This document shows, piece after piece, positions 1 to 13,399 of a stretch of 64,000 bases of DNA. The notes beneath the pieces were generated by a model, which was not told the DNA's origin, did not search any database, and saw only the letters and a program-made list of their open reading frames with translations. The DNA lies in the NCBI GenBank assembly GCA_964016885.1, contig OZ024741.1, forward strand, positions 212,164,001 through 212,228,000, in the 5' to 3' direction. The first letter of the stretch is position 1. Every line of letters begins with the position of its first letter. Origin of the DNA: Eledone cirrhosa. Taxonomy: Eukaryota. Made by a program: the position numbers and the translations under genes.

Positions 1-190
1 TACTAGCCCCTATTGCATGTGCAACCATTTTTCTTACCTGATCAGTGTTTTGGGGGGTCCGTATAGCTTTGGTCCACCCAATCCACCTTCCTATGGGAGT
101 CTTTTTAGCCATTGAGGTTATGGTGGGGGGTCTACCTCTTATAGGTCTACTAGGGCAGAAACATCTAAGGTCATGGCTGTCTATGCAGAA
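1..190 (-). pseudogene. Penelope-like element (Neptune-type) reverse transcriptase fragment, runs off the window edge
   Basis: Stop-free minus-strand frame FCPSRPIRGRPPTITSMAKKTPIGRWIGWTKAIRTPQNTDQVRKMVAHAIGAS. Resembles the CPxR..GRPPTIT..W..P..VRxM..A segment of Neptune-type PLE RTs (recognised from memory). Abuts a GIY-YIG fragment. Confidence 0.6.
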
Positions 191-492
191 ACACGACAAC
201 AACATACATAGGTGAGACAGCTCGTAGCATAGGTGAAAGGATAGACCAACACTGGGGGGAACTAAAAGGACGAAAAAACGGGTCAGTACTATACGAACAT
301 GCTAGACAACATCATGACGGTAACATAGACAACATAGAAATTAGAATAATATCTAAACATAGGAATGACCCAGCAGATAGGCAAATCAGAGAGGCCAGTG
401 AAATAGAAATTAGAAGACCAAAGCTAAACAGAAAGAATGAGTGGAACAACAACAACACCCAAACAAACAACACTGACCTAAGAGAAGTATAA
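181..492 (+). pseudogene. PLE GIY-YIG endonuclease C-terminal fragment
   Basis: Open frame LCRNTTTTYIGETARSIGERIDQHWGELKGRKNGSVLYEHARQHHDGNIDNIEIRIISKHRNDPADRQIREASEIEIRRPKLNRKNEWNNN...* with YIGET-R, R..xH, RQIxEA and LNxKxEW motifs. Absent from the ORF track (no start codon). Confidence 0.9.
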
Positions 493-769
493 ATAAATAA
501 GTAAATTAAATTAAATAAAATAAGATAAATAAATACATACACAAGCACATAAACACACACTAGTCACCCAGCAGACACAACACTATACACACTAGTCACA
601 CATCACACATAACACTATACACACACGCAAACGCATGCGCAAAGAAGACAAAATAAAATAAGATAAACAAACAAGCAAATAAATAAATAAATAAATATAT
701 AGACAGACTGAACAAAAAAAAAAAATGGCGTAGACATACAACACAACAGGAGGAACAATGAATATAACA

Positions 770-810
770 CCACTGACGATGTTGCAGATGTGCAACGAAA
801 GATTTATGTA
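770..810 (+). ncRNA. Minimal hammerhead ribozyme in PLE pLTR
   Basis: CTGACGA (773-779), stem II GTTGCA-GATG-TGCAAC, GAAA (797-800); stems I and III are very short. Confidence 0.65.
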
Positions 811-1017
811 AACTATATATATATGTGTTTGTCTATATTGTATCTGTATTATTTTTAACCGCCGGTCAGTCAATGGCAACATTGAGGACCGAGTAAGTTA
901 GATCGCAGATATATATATATAAAAGACAGCGAGAAGCGAAAACCAACCAAACAGTGAGTGTGTTCTGTTATTAATTCTGGCAATATTACGCAAATATGAC
1001 CCTCCCCAAATATAACA

Positions 1018-1100
<83 letters not shown>

Positions 1101-1108
1101 TGTGTGTG

Positions 1109-1295
<187 letters not shown>

Positions 1296-1439
1296 ATATA
1301 TATATAGTGGTAGAACACTGGAAGATAATATCCGTAATGGTAGACCACTCAGTCCATGGGACGTGTTAGGTAGAACTGGTTACACAGCAGTTAGTTCACC
1401 ATACCGAGAACAATGGTTTCACTTTAGCTGACCCGTAAA

Positions 1440-1715
1440 TAATGTCATGAATCTTGGGTAATGTGCGAAAGAATACGATAGTGAATATAAGCGACTCAAA
1501 TGGGGTTCCCCCGAACGGTGTCTGGAGTAACGTTTCTCAATAGAGTGTGTAGATCGGAAATCAAAGAGTCACTCCCGGTAGAGCTGCTACTTCTTCGAAT
1601 TGAGAGGTCACAGCTCCGATACTATGGGCATATGGTTAGAATGTCTCTGGAGAGAACCACTGGACAGATTTTATGAGCAAAATCAATGGACAGGAGACCC
1701 GGGCGTAGACCCTGA
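1440..1715 (+). mobile_element. RTE-clade (Rex3/Expander-like) LINE RT C-terminal remnant
   Basis: Degenerate translation HESWVMCERIR...VELLLLRIERSQLRYYGHMVRMS...RPGRRP with stops; homologous to 27025-27330. Confidence 0.8.
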
Positions 1716-1732
1716 ATAAAGAAGAATTTAGC

Positions 1733-2210
1733 TTCCAACAGAGCCTTATAAAAATATGTATTTGAATTTCATATTTCTAAAGAAATACGGTACGTTTATA
1801 AATACAGTATTTCTTTAGAAATACGAATTCCTGTATACAGCTCTGTTCGAGGCTAAATTCTAATTCTATTATATTATAATTTGAGCCAACTTATACAGCT
1901 CCATATGCAAACGAGATTAATCAGATCATTTACACGGACGAAAAAACTATATATTTTCGCCTGTTTTCAAAGTCGGGCAGTTACACGCGCAGGAGAGATC
2001 GTCCTGACGAGAACCCATTTGAGTTTCAAATGCATCGACGATTGTCCCCCTTGCTTCTGCCGGGCACCGCCAGGTGGCGTTAGCTGCTAGTGTTTAATTC
2101 ATAGGCATGGCTTTCTAAATGTTTATTTATAAACACACGATATTTCTTTAGAAATACGAAATTCAAATACATATTTGTATACAGCTATGTTTGTAGTTAA
2201 AATCTAATTA
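1733..2210 (+). mobile_element. ~330 bp HHR-containing unit (family B) with terminal direct repeat and 5' inverted segment
   Basis: TATTTCTTTAGAAATACGAA at 1808 and 2141; 1733-1790 is inverted relative to 1805-1861; homologous to 5292-5647. Confidence 0.75.
1998..2042 (+). ncRNA. Hammerhead ribozyme, G12 mutated (probably inactive)
   Basis: ATCGTC-CTGACGA-GAAC..GTTT-CAAA-TGCA-TC-GACGAT: perfect stem I and palindromic stem III, but GAAA reads CAAA. Confidence 0.7.
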
Positions 2211-2218
2211 TATATATA

Positions 2219-2612
2219 TTAATTAAACGTACGGTATATTACCAAATATACTATACATACATTCATGTATACATCACTATTTCAGAGCACCAATCCTAAT
2301 TCTTAATTTTTGCTTGACCGGCAATTGCTCTGTATAATCAGTTCCTGATTATTACTGGAATTCTATAAGAATTCAGCCTCTCTAATTTTTGGCAGAGGTG
2401 GGAGTGTATGTTACTCTGAGGAACACCAACAGTGTGAAACAGAATATGTCAGCTTCTCTCTCTTCCTTTGCCGAAAAAAGTAGTAAGTGACATAGTCACT
2501 ACCTTAAAATGATAGCGCAAGGTCTTCAAAATGTTTTTAATTAAACATACGGTATATTACCAAATACACTATATATACATTCATGTATACATCGGTATTT
2601 CAGAGCACTAAT

Positions 2613-2616
<4 letters not shown>
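2219..2616 (+). mobile_element. ~318 bp HHR-containing unit with ~75 bp terminal direct repeat (family C)
   Basis: AATTAAAC..CGGTATATTACCAAA..TTTCAGAGCAC at about 2221 and 2539; related fragment at 12804-12908. Confidence 0.75.
2414..2452 (+). ncRNA. Hammerhead ribozyme (type I)
   Basis: CT-CTGAGGA-ACAC caaca GTGT-GAAA-CA gaata TG-TC-AG: intact core with GUC site; proximal stem I is short. Confidence 0.7.
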
Positions 2617-2647
<31 letters not shown>

Positions 2648-2651
<4 letters not shown>

Positions 2652-2800
2652 AACGAGTAGGACCCCGACGGCTGAGCTCAAGCCGTTTCGACGGCTAATT
2701 CTGGGTCCTACTCGTTCCTATTACCCACTCTACTACCCTAAGTATTGAGTACTTTGGTGCGTTATGGTCCATCTGGTTCCTTACCACCTTTCCTTCGTTA
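2648..2800. mobile_element. Short foldback element (family D) in (TA)n carrying the 3' half of an HHR
   Basis: Homologous to 8832-9023 and 48922-49304. Minus strand has GAAACGGC-TTGAGCTCA-GCCGTC. Confidence 0.75.
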
Positions 2801-2986
2801 TATATATATATATATATATGAGGCAATTGTGCAAACCCCGAAATCACTGCCTCAAATCCCGTCAGAAAATACATCCTCACTGCACTCACATTTTTTGAAA
2901 AATTATTCAACTAATATTTGTCAAGTTTATGTACACTCATACTTAAAAGGCCCACAATATCTCTCGCTCTTTCCTTATCTAGATAG

Positions 2987-3079
<93 letters not shown>

Positions 3080-3101
3080 AATCTATCTATCGATATATAT
3101 G

Positions 3102-3724
<623 letters not shown>

Positions 3725-3833
3725 TATAGGACACGAATGGAGCTGTGGTTACTGTAAACAAAGTTTAATATATAGATATATATGTACATATATAAATCTA
3801 TCTATCGATAAAGATAAATATATATATATATAT

Positions 3834-4170
3834 ATGTAGATAAATCTACCAAAAGTTTACGGTAGTGTCCAATCCGTATGAAGAACTCAATGTAATCCGG
3901 ATATCATGGAAAGAAGAGATGCATTCAAAAATCACTTTCGGTGAAAGATAAACGGAATACAGAGTCAAGATAAAATATAAAAAAAATAATGAATAAAACA
4001 AAGAAACAGTTCCTTATATTAAACAAAAAAAGTTCATTATTTAACGATCGTTTCTAGGACATATATGTGTTAGAATTGGCATGCATATTCAAAAGATCTA
4101 TGTACAAAATTATACAAACTATCAAGGAGAATATACATACCATCACATATATATGCTGTCTTCAGAAATA

Positions 4171-4172
<2 letters not shown>
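3834..4172 (-). mobile_element. Family F element fragment in (TA)n, containing a long-stem-II HHR (4033-4172)
   Basis: Near-identical to 52484-52821. Minus strand ATTATTT-CTGAAGA...GAAA-CGATCG-TT-AAATAAT. Confidence 0.8.
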
Positions 4173-4236
<64 letters not shown>

Positions 4237-4591
4237 CATCTATATATATATATACATCTATATATTTGTATGTACATACTGAGAGCTATTAACAGAAAAA
4301 GAGTACCACACATATATATATACAAACACACACATAAGTCCATGGCAATATACAGGATTCGATTATATAAACTGATAATTAAATAAAATGGAAGGAAGAT
4401 TCTCCAGTCCTATATCGGATGACTGTTAAGTAAAATTCTCGAGAGAATGAGTTAAAATGGCGCTGTGTTGCAACCATAAATTTGTCTAAGTGAAGAATAT
4501 ATATAAAATAAATAAGTAAATAAATAAATATAGAAAATTATATAAGAAATAAACAAATAATAAAATGTCATGATAGAAGAGAACAAATTGT

Positions 4592-4705
<114 letters not shown>

Positions 4706-4712
4706 TATATAT

Positions 4713-5223
4713 ATTTCGTTTCTGAATTTGTTTAGCAAGATTCTATAGCTGAACATATGTGTTGAAACCGATATTGTTATGCTTTGGGAAGGTCATGTTG
4801 CCAATAAGAAACACACGCACCAGTTGCTTTCACTCAAATTTATTATAAAATATATTTATATATTTAAGAATTTATAAATTTCCGGTTGGTTGGTTCCACA
4901 ACCGGACGGTTGTTCATATATTGTCAAGGTTCTTTCGTCACACATTCTGTGACCTCTTCAGTAACTGGAGATTCTTTCCTTTGTTTTGTTTTGTTTTGTT
5001 TTGCACAAAAACAAAGAAAAGAATCCCTAGTCACTGAAGAGGTCACATAATATGTGATGAAAGAACTTTGACAATATATGACCAACCGTCCGGTTGCGGA
5101 ACCAATCAACCAACCGGAAATTTATAAATTCTTAAATTTATAAATTTAATTTATAATAAATTGGAGTGTAACAACTGGTGCGTGTGTTTCTTATTGGCAA
5201 CATGACCCTCCAAAAGCATAACA

Positions 5224-5228
<5 letters not shown>
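4713..5228. mobile_element. Head-to-head inverted pLTR pair (family A-related), ~225 bp arms, one HHR-like motif per arm
   Basis: 4771-4990 is the reverse complement of about 5005-5228. Plus-arm HHR GTCA-CTGAAGA-..TCACATA/TATGTGA..-GAAA-GAAC-TT-TGAC at 5030-5072. Confidence 0.85.
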
Positions 5229-5258
<30 letters not shown>

Positions 5259-5291
5259 TACGCACATACGTATACATGCATATATATATAT

Positions 5292-5647
5292 CAAGCTGTG
5301 CTTGAAGCGAACTCTTATTTCTTTTCTATTATAAGTTGAGCTAACTTATGCAGCTTCGTATGCAAATGAGATTAATCACCTCATTTACACAGAAGAGATA
5401 ACTATATATTCTCGGCTGTCTTCCAGTCCAGCACTCGCAATCGGTGGGAGGGATCGGCCTGACGAAGGCCAGTTAAGCCTGAAATGCATAGACGGCTGTC
5501 TCCCTTGCTTCTGCTGGACATCACCAGAGCCCCCCCCCCCCCGGTGTTTGCATAGCTAGGGCTTCCTAAAACCGTATTCCATTGGAGATACGAAATTTAT
5601 ATACATATTGTATAAAGCTATGCTTGAAGCGAAATCTTATTTCTTTT
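5292..5647 (+). mobile_element. Family B unit (~322 bp monomer plus short direct repeat) in (TA)n
   Basis: AAGCT(G/A)TGCTTGAAGCGAA(C/A)TCTTATTTCTTTT at 5293 and 5615. Confidence 0.8.
5453..5495 (+). ncRNA. Minimal hammerhead ribozyme, intact core
   Basis: TCGGC-CTGACGA-AGGC cagttaa GCCT-GAAA-TGCA-TA-GACGG. Confidence 0.8.
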
Positions 5648-5671
5648 ATATATATGTATATATATATATAT

Positions 5672-6385
5672 ATATCACAGGTATATATTAAGTTAGGAAC
5701 TCAAAATAGTCTCTTTCAACAAAATAGCTCTAAGAAAGAGATATTTCAGAGCCGTATATTATAATAGAATATAAAAGAAAAACGAACACAGATATATACA
5801 TATATGTGTTCAAATCGTTACGATTTGAATACATATATGTATATATCTGTGTTCGTTTTTCTTTTATATTGTATTATAATATACGGCTCTGAAATATCTC
5901 TTTCTTAGAGCTATTTTGGTGTAAAAGACTATTTTGAGTTCCTAACTCAATATATACCTGTGATATATTCGGCTCCGTTAATTTGTTGAGCTATTTAAAA
6001 TGTCGAATAAACCTCCTGTCTGCTATTTTTAGTGTAAGTTTGTGAGATGCGCTATGATGTCATGTGCGCTAAAATGTTTATATATAACACACTATTCAGT
6101 TTCATAATATACTTAGAATTGTCTAGGATACTAATTCATCACACACTGATGAGCTTGAATTGGTAATTCTATTCACAATTAACTTTGCGAAACAACAACA
6201 AGTTGTCTGGGTGATGGGTAGTTACCACAATTCCGGATTGTATTTATTTTCTTAATTCTTTCTTAAATTGAAACAAGCAAACCCTATCGTCTATAGTTAG
6301 TATTCTTTTCACCTTAGCGAATACAGTCCCTTACGATTTGAACACTTATATGTATATATCTGTGTTCGTTTTTCTTTTATATTCT

Positions 6386-6394
<9 letters not shown>
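5672..6394 (+). mobile_element. ~513 bp HHR unit (family G) with 3' partial tandem repeat and ~145 bp 5' inverted copy
   Basis: Palindrome centred at about 5819 (5672-5967); TTACGATTTGAA..TGTGTTCGTTTTTCTTTTATATT at 5818 and 6331. Confidence 0.85.
6137..6216 (+). ncRNA. Hammerhead ribozyme (type I)
   Basis: CATCACACA-CTGATGA-GC...GC-GAAA-CAAC aacaa GTTG-TC-TGGGTGATG (8/9 stem I, GUC site). Confidence 0.85.
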
Positions 6395-6475
<81 letters not shown>

Positions 6476-6721
6476 TTTTGTAAAAGATACGTGGAAATTT
6501 CCAAGAGTAAGTGCAGTCAGTCCATAGGACGAGTTTGTTATAAATAATTACAACAGTGACATAAACAGGTACTCAAGTTTCATTTTTTGATGATAGCTGG
6601 GCGTATCTAATCCATAAAGGTTGTTGGTTTCATCAGATAGAACGAAATTTGTGTACATGTTCATGTCACTGTTGTAATTATTAATATATATATATTATAT
6701 ATATATATATATTTTTTTTTT

Positions 6722-7054
6722 TTAACTTTGATTTTGTACCTAATTGTGTGTGGTTAACTATATGTCTAGTCAATTTCTACGGGCTATCAGAAATACTAGG
6801 TAAATCTTCTGTGGCTGTGGATCGCAGATAAAAAGCTATCATTTATTTATCTATTATTTCTTCATAGGTACATTTTAAACTCATAACCTCGATTTAATGA
6901 TTTTTGATGTGGTTGATTATGCTGATTGGGAGAAGAAATACTGTATATATTTTATCAAATCATTCTATGGACTTACTTTCTTATATATTGCTCTGATTGT
7001 TAATTATTTAATTAATTAATTCGTCATTGAGCCACACCATGAATGGTTGCCAAA

Positions 7055-7122
<68 letters not shown>

Positions 7123-7835
7123 TCTGTCTAGTTTATGTGTATGTAAACTTCTAAATTTTATATACTCCCGTAAGGTTGAGTAAAACTTTAGGCAGTATTC
7201 GGCTGCTCTTTCTAACAACCAGCCTACTCGCCGTCAGGCACCAATCACAAGCTTTCTGACTTGACCATTGGCCATGTGACAATTCTTAGCCATTTTGAAT
7301 TCGTTTCTGGCGGGGATCATTTAAGAAAAATCTTTGTCCAATTGAGTTTGTCTCCTGATGATTTCGAAACTCATTGATTTATCCATGATCGGATATTTCC
7401 AAAAAGCGAATGAAATCTCCGGGGGTAGAGATATGAGTTTAGTATTTTTATGTACATTCTTTCTTCTAACTTTGATTTAGTACCTAATTATGTATGGTTA
7501 ACTATATCTCTAGTCAATTTCTACAGGCTATTAGAAATACTAGGTAAATCTTCTGTGGCTGTGGATCGCGGATAAAAAAGCTATCATTTATTTATCAATT
7601 ATTTCTTCATAGGTACATTTTAAACTTATAGCCTCGTTTTAATGATTTTTTTATGTAGTTGATTATGCTGATTGGGAGAATAAATACTGTATAGATTTTA
7701 TCAAATGATTCTATTGACTTCCTTTCTTATATATTGCTCTGATTGTTAATTATTTAATTAATTAATTCGTCATTGAGCCACACCATGAATGGTTGCCAAA
7801 AACACATATATATATATGACTCTGTCTAGTTTATG
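6722..7835 (+). repeat. 1.5-mer direct repeat, period ~746 bp (pLTR/retrozyme-like)
   Basis: 6722-7135 is repeated at 7468-7835. The spacer contains CTGATGA-TTTC-GAAAC at 7355. Confidence 0.8.
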
Positions 7836-8019
7836 GGGTAACAAAATATCGTTATAATAAATCCCCTTTTTTGTACTGTTGACCATGTTATTCTCCACTT
7901 TTTCAATTATTTTTCAATTATAAATATATATACATATGTTGCGTATACATATGGTTATTCTTTTAATATCCAATTGAGTTCTTATACACGTGGTTAATAC
8001 GGTTTAAATGACCAGCGTG

Positions 8020-8493
8020 TATATTGTTTTATTTTAAGATGACCTCCCTTTACCCTTTTGGGTACAGCGTGTATTTTATCTTTGGGAGGACTGCCGGATT
8101 TTCTAATCTACCAGTCTCTTCTTAGCGCTGAGGGAGACCATCACCATTCTGTTAATGTTGATATAATTCTTATATCGATATTATTTGGGCATCCACTGAG
8201 ATGTTTATAAGAGCCCGCTTGTGTATAAAACTATGGATTATATACAAGTTTCTACATAACCTGGAAATTATTTATCCCAAATTGTAGAAAACTTATAACG
8301 AAACGGCCGTCTGGAAGGAAAGAGATATTTATTTAATAATGTCTCACATAAAATAATACAACCAGCTATCCACGAAATACTGATTAGTTAGCACCCCAAA
8401 CACTAAATTGGGATAATACTTAGGTATATCCTAATGTTTGTTGAGTGAGATGGAGTTGGTCGGAGTATCGCTTAAGGCTTTCTCTGTTTATGT

Positions 8494-8497
<4 letters not shown>
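8020..8497 (+). mobile_element. Family E copy with degenerate long-stem-II HHR (8192-8315)
   Basis: TCCA-CTGAGATG-TTTATAAG...CTTATAAC-GAAA-CGGCCG-TC-TGGA. Confidence 0.75.
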
Positions 8498-8529
<32 letters not shown>

Positions 8530-8831
8530 CACATATGTATACATGCATAAATGTAGACGTATATACATACACAAACATGAAGGCCTTGTTTCCCAAATTG
8601 CCTAAACTTTAAATCAACGTGTAAGTGCCTGAGCAGTCCACAGACACGTGCACATTTAAAGTAGATATCAGGGAGATTCAGCATGATACAGTTAGTGACA
8701 ACTACAGTTACAACTCATCTTTACGAGCAGTGTTGAATGGTGTGACGTAAAATATCGTATCTTGTGCCGCCTGATCCGAGAATCAAATTCACGTTCTAAC
8801 GATCGTCAGCCGAAAACCTAACCAATAAATC

Positions 8832-9020
8832 TAACGAAGGAAATATGGTAAGAAACCAGCTGGACCATAACCCACCAGAATACTGAATACTCAGGGTAGT
8901 AGAGTGGGTAATAGGAAAAAGTATGACACCGACGGCAGAGCTCAAGCCGTTCGACGGCTATTTCTGGACTGAAATAGCCGTCGAAACGGCTTGAGCTCTG
9001 CCGTCGAGGTCATACTTTTT

Positions 9021-9023
<3 letters not shown>
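8832..9023. mobile_element. Family D foldback element
   Basis: Arms of about 55 bp around 8968; GAAACGGCTTGAGCTCTGCCGTC. Confidence 0.8.
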
Positions 9024-9077
<54 letters not shown>

Positions 9078-9082
<5 letters not shown>

Positions 9083-9560
9083 ATCAAAAGATGGTTAAAA
9101 GAGTTCCATGTATTTTATTATGCGCATTTCAAAAACAAATATCATCATGCAATAATATTTGTGTTTTCATCAGATAAAATAGGAAGACATGATATGAAGG
9201 TTAAAAAACACTTGTGAATAGTGCAGTTTTAAATCAACATAGAGATATGTTGATTTAAAACTGCACTATTCACAAGTGTTTTTTAACCTTCATATCATGT
9301 CTTCCTATTTTATCTGATGAAAACACAAATATTATTGCATGATGATATTTGTTTTTGAAATGCGCATAATAAAATACATGGAACTCTTTTAACCATCTTT
9401 TGATCTTATATATTATGTATACTCCAGTCCTACAAACTGTAGAGTGCTACTTATCCGATATCTGCATTGCTTTATTGTACTACAATAAAACTCACCTCCT
9501 ACACATATATATGTCTGTATTGAATTTATTAAATAATGTAATTTAACCTTGTTATTGTAT
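9078..9560 (+). mobile_element. Family H element: perfect ~165 bp inverted repeat plus extended right arm
   Basis: 9078-9240 is the exact reverse complement of 9247-9409, with a 6-nt loop; preceded by (TA)n. Confidence 0.9.
9306..9376 (+). ncRNA. Hammerhead ribozyme (mirror copy on minus strand 9111-9181)
   Basis: TATTTTAT-CTGATGA-long stem II (AAAC..CAAATATTA/TGATATTTG.TTTT)-GAAA-TGCGCA-TA-ATAAAATA. Confidence 0.85.
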
Positions 9561-9582
9561 TACTTCTCTCTCTCTCTCCCCC

Positions 9583-9633
<51 letters not shown>

Positions 9634-9899
9634 CATACATTTTAAACCAGTATCTGTAAGTAATAGAAAGTAGAATATACTTAAACATGAAAATACATGA
9701 ATCAATGAGTGTAGACAGTAAATTGATAGAAATCTAAAGAGGATTGGCACTGGTTGATTATATATATATATATCAGAAACACACATTATACAGTATATAT
9801 ATATATGACATACATTTAGATAGATGTACACATATATAAACACACACACACTCATTTGTATATATTTATATATATATATATATATGACTATGCCTGTTA

Positions 9900-9933
<34 letters not shown>

Positions 9934-10021
9934 ATATATATATATATTGTTATACTTGGGGAGGGTCATATTTGTGTAATATTGCCAGAATATCAAAAAC
10001 CTCGCAAAACTAATTCATCGC

Positions 10022-10090
<69 letters not shown>

Positions 10091-10100
10091 CATATACACT

Positions 10101-10145
<45 letters not shown>

Positions 10146-10193
10146 CTATATGTATGCTCGTGACCATATATATATACATATATATATATGTAA

Positions 10194-10243
<50 letters not shown>

Positions 10244-10489
10244 GTGTGATCAACTATATGTCCCGAGACATGAACTTTACTCTGACAGTTTTTATTCAAT
10301 TAGCTGTAATATTCTGCAAATTTGAAATGACACAAAAATAACTCACAATAGCTTCCATTAGCAAATGCCCCCCCACGCCTCTGCCACACAAATCAATGTT
10401 TATTTCACTGTTCATTCGAAGAATAAAAAAAAAAGAGAATGTATTCAATTAACAATAAAATAATAACCAATACATTTTCTTTCCTCGGA

Positions 10490-10622
10490 GAGAGAGCGAG
10501 AGAAAGAGAGAGAGTGTGAGAGTGAGAGAGAGGAAGTATGTTTGACAGAGAGAGAAGAATTGAGAGACAGTGAGATAAGGAGATAGATTTAGTGTGTGTG
10601 TGTGAGAGAAAGGGTGAGAAAC

Positions 10623-10665
<43 letters not shown>

Positions 10666-10666
10666 C

Positions 10667-10703
<37 letters not shown>

Positions 10704-11079
10704 GAGAGAGAAATACAGAGGAAGAGAGAGAGATAGAAAGAGCGAGAGTGAGACAGAGAGAGAGAGAGAGTGATAGATAGAGAGAAAGACAGTGAGAGAG
10801 AGAAAGACAGAGGAAGAGAGAGAGAGACAGACAGAAAGAACGAGAGTGAGAGAGAGAGTGATAGAGAGAGAGAAAGACAGTGAGAGAGAGAAAGACAGAG
10901 GAAGAGAGAGAGAGACAGAAAGAGCGAGAGAGACAGTGAGAGGGTGAGAGAGAGAAAGACAGATGAATAGAGAGAGAGAGAGAGACAGAAAGAGCGAGAG
11001 TGAGAGAGAGAGAAGAAAGAAAGACAGAGTGAAAGACAGAGAGAGAGAAAGACAGAGAGAACGAGAGAGAGAGCGAGAT

Positions 11080-11112
<33 letters not shown>

Positions 11113-11121
11113 GGGAGAGAA
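10490..11121. repeat. GA-rich low-complexity tract with internal duplications
   Basis: (GA)n/GACA runs; the SL- and RE-rich ORFs here are artefacts. Confidence 0.9.
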
Positions 11122-11829
11122 AGTAAAAGGCAGTGTCCAACTGAATCTTTCTCATCTGATTGGCCCAATCAAATATTCTATGTAGTGAAGCAAATCTAGT
11201 TGTTTCGTACCGATCAATACCGTTGGTTGTTGTGTATAGTGGATAGATCCTACTTTAAGAAAACCAGTTGAAATATGAGAAGGATTTATATCGTTTATTA
11301 TTCATCCTACGCAAATCACTGAGAATAAATAAGTCCCCCAATGTTATTCTTACTCCCTGCCAACATGTCTGTATTGGCTTATTTGTTTGAATTACTGTCA
11401 AATTCTTTCCATATAACATTATATCAGGGACGTCCGTCTTAGAAATGAGATAATACAGTACCACAATTTAGCAAAATATTTCACCAAAACTTTAGTACCT
11501 ATTCTCTCGTGTCTATAGTTTGCTCCCGTCATTCTGAATATCTTTGAGAGATTGTTTTAACATCAGCTCTTAAGTCATGGGTTCTTTTATAGGTATGAAC
11601 GCTATTTTAAGTGTTCGTACTATGTACCCGGGTCTAACATGTTTTATCCCATCCGTTCCAATTTTACTAGCTCCAAAATATCTCGTCCTGACTAGAGAGA
11701 GTATGTGGGAGGTAAATATAAATAAATATATATATATGTATATATAGAGAAAGGTATATAGAGGTTGATATGGAGATGGAGTTAGGAAGAAGGAGATAGG
11801 GTGAGAGAAAGAGATAGAGATAGATAACT

Positions 11830-11950
11830 TTCTTTTTATTTGCCACCAGGGCATCAAAAGTGGGACAAGTACAAAGGGGAGAGTTTACATGCAAAGGCGT
11901 CCTCAATATGGAGGAGGCAATAACAAGATATAAAAGTATAAAAATAAAAG
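11830..11950 (-). mobile_element. 3' UTR fragment of the L1/Tx1-like LINE seen at 47.9-48.7 kb
   Basis: Reverse complement of 48225-48340 (TTGAGGACGCC...GCCCTGGTGGCAAATAAAA); flanked by GATA repeats. Confidence 0.8.
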
Positions 11951-11958
11951 ATAGATAG

Positions 11959-12032
<74 letters not shown>

Positions 12033-12419
12033 TAAAAGTATGGTGATTTAATATAGGTAGAAGATCAACATTGTTAGGGGAGATACTCAATGCGGACATG
12101 AACATCATTACTTAACTGGTATATCTTTCATCGATCACAGGAGGGTGAAAGGTGACATTTAAAACTACCGGCCCTTTGTTGTTTACTTTTATCGATTAGA
12201 CAGGAGAAAGCGGCATGCCTATGTCAATTAACATGGGCCTACGTGACTAGAATGAGGGGGAGGAATGTATACCGGGAACGGAGTTCAAGCCCAAATACTT
12301 ACAGTGTTAACTTCGGTAAAATACCCCTAAAACCCGGTAGATGTGTTTGCTTAAACCAGTGTTTATCTAAAATCAAGGTATAGGCAAGTGAAACTTGGCA
12401 CCCGTAACGTCAAAATTCA

Positions 12420-12597
12420 TATACACTATATATAAACTATATATACGCTATATACACTATATATACACTATTTACAATATATATACGCTATATACACTAC
12501 ATATACACTATATATACACAATATACACTATGCATACGCTATATACACTATATATATACACTATATATACACTCTAGATATACTATATACACTACAT
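12420..12597. repeat. Degenerate ~11 bp TATATACACTA minisatellite
   Basis: Repeated ATATACACTAT/ATATACGCTAT units. Confidence 0.8.
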
Positions 12598-13399
12598 CTG
12601 ATGTGCAAGATAAAGGCATTGGCCAATGCAGCTTGGGTCAGTGGCATCGCATCTCCTACATACTATTTTTAGACTCATATACTTTCTATGTACACTATAT
12701 ATGTTGTTTACCAACAGAAAATCATAGGGCGATATAACTTGATACCAGTGACGTCGTAACTCATATACTATATCTATATCTATCTCTCTATATATATATA
12801 TATGCCGAAAATAAATAAGTAAATGACATAGTCGCTATTTTGAAACTGATAGTGTATGGTCTTCTAAATATGTTTAATTAAACATATGGTATATTGCCAA
12901 ATATACTAACCCCCCCCCCTCCCATATATATATATATATATATATATACATACGTATACACACACACAATATGTAATGTTCTGCAAAAGGAATTCATAGG
13001 CTGATACAGCCTGGCACCAATAACATCACGACTCGTATATACTACATACAGATTATATACACTATATATACATTGCATATACACTATAAACTAGTGGTAC
13101 CAGTTACTCCACAGAGAGACTCAAGAGGTTACGAAACATATCAGATACCGCAAGGCACCACCTCAACGCTGAGGTAATTCCATTTAATCTAAGACACGGT
13201 ACTTTACATATCGACCCAGAATGTCTGAAAAAGATAGTCAACCACGACGTGATTTAGATTAAGATCAGAGAGCGCTAGAATACGTACTATAAATACCACC
13301 AAGCATGCTACCCGATGCTCTATCGATTCTGACGAATAGCTTTCACAATAGTTTGTACCATAACAAAACTGTTTTCAAAGTTTGCTGCCTTAATAGATT

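Larger units (their letters stand above)
181..1020 (+). mobile_element. PLE 3' end/pseudo-LTR (family A) ending in (TA)n
   Basis: EN fragment plus UTR ending ATGACCCTCCCCAAATATAACAATA. Homologous reverse copies at 38170-38480 and 59848-60690. The terminal motif also occurs near 4771, 5200, 9946, 50971, 58777 and 61995. Confidence 0.85.

Noticed and set aside
6543-6682. Old foldback with CTGATGA (minus) and GAAA-CTTGAG-TA
   Set aside because: No stem I or II could be paired; too degenerate to call an HHR.
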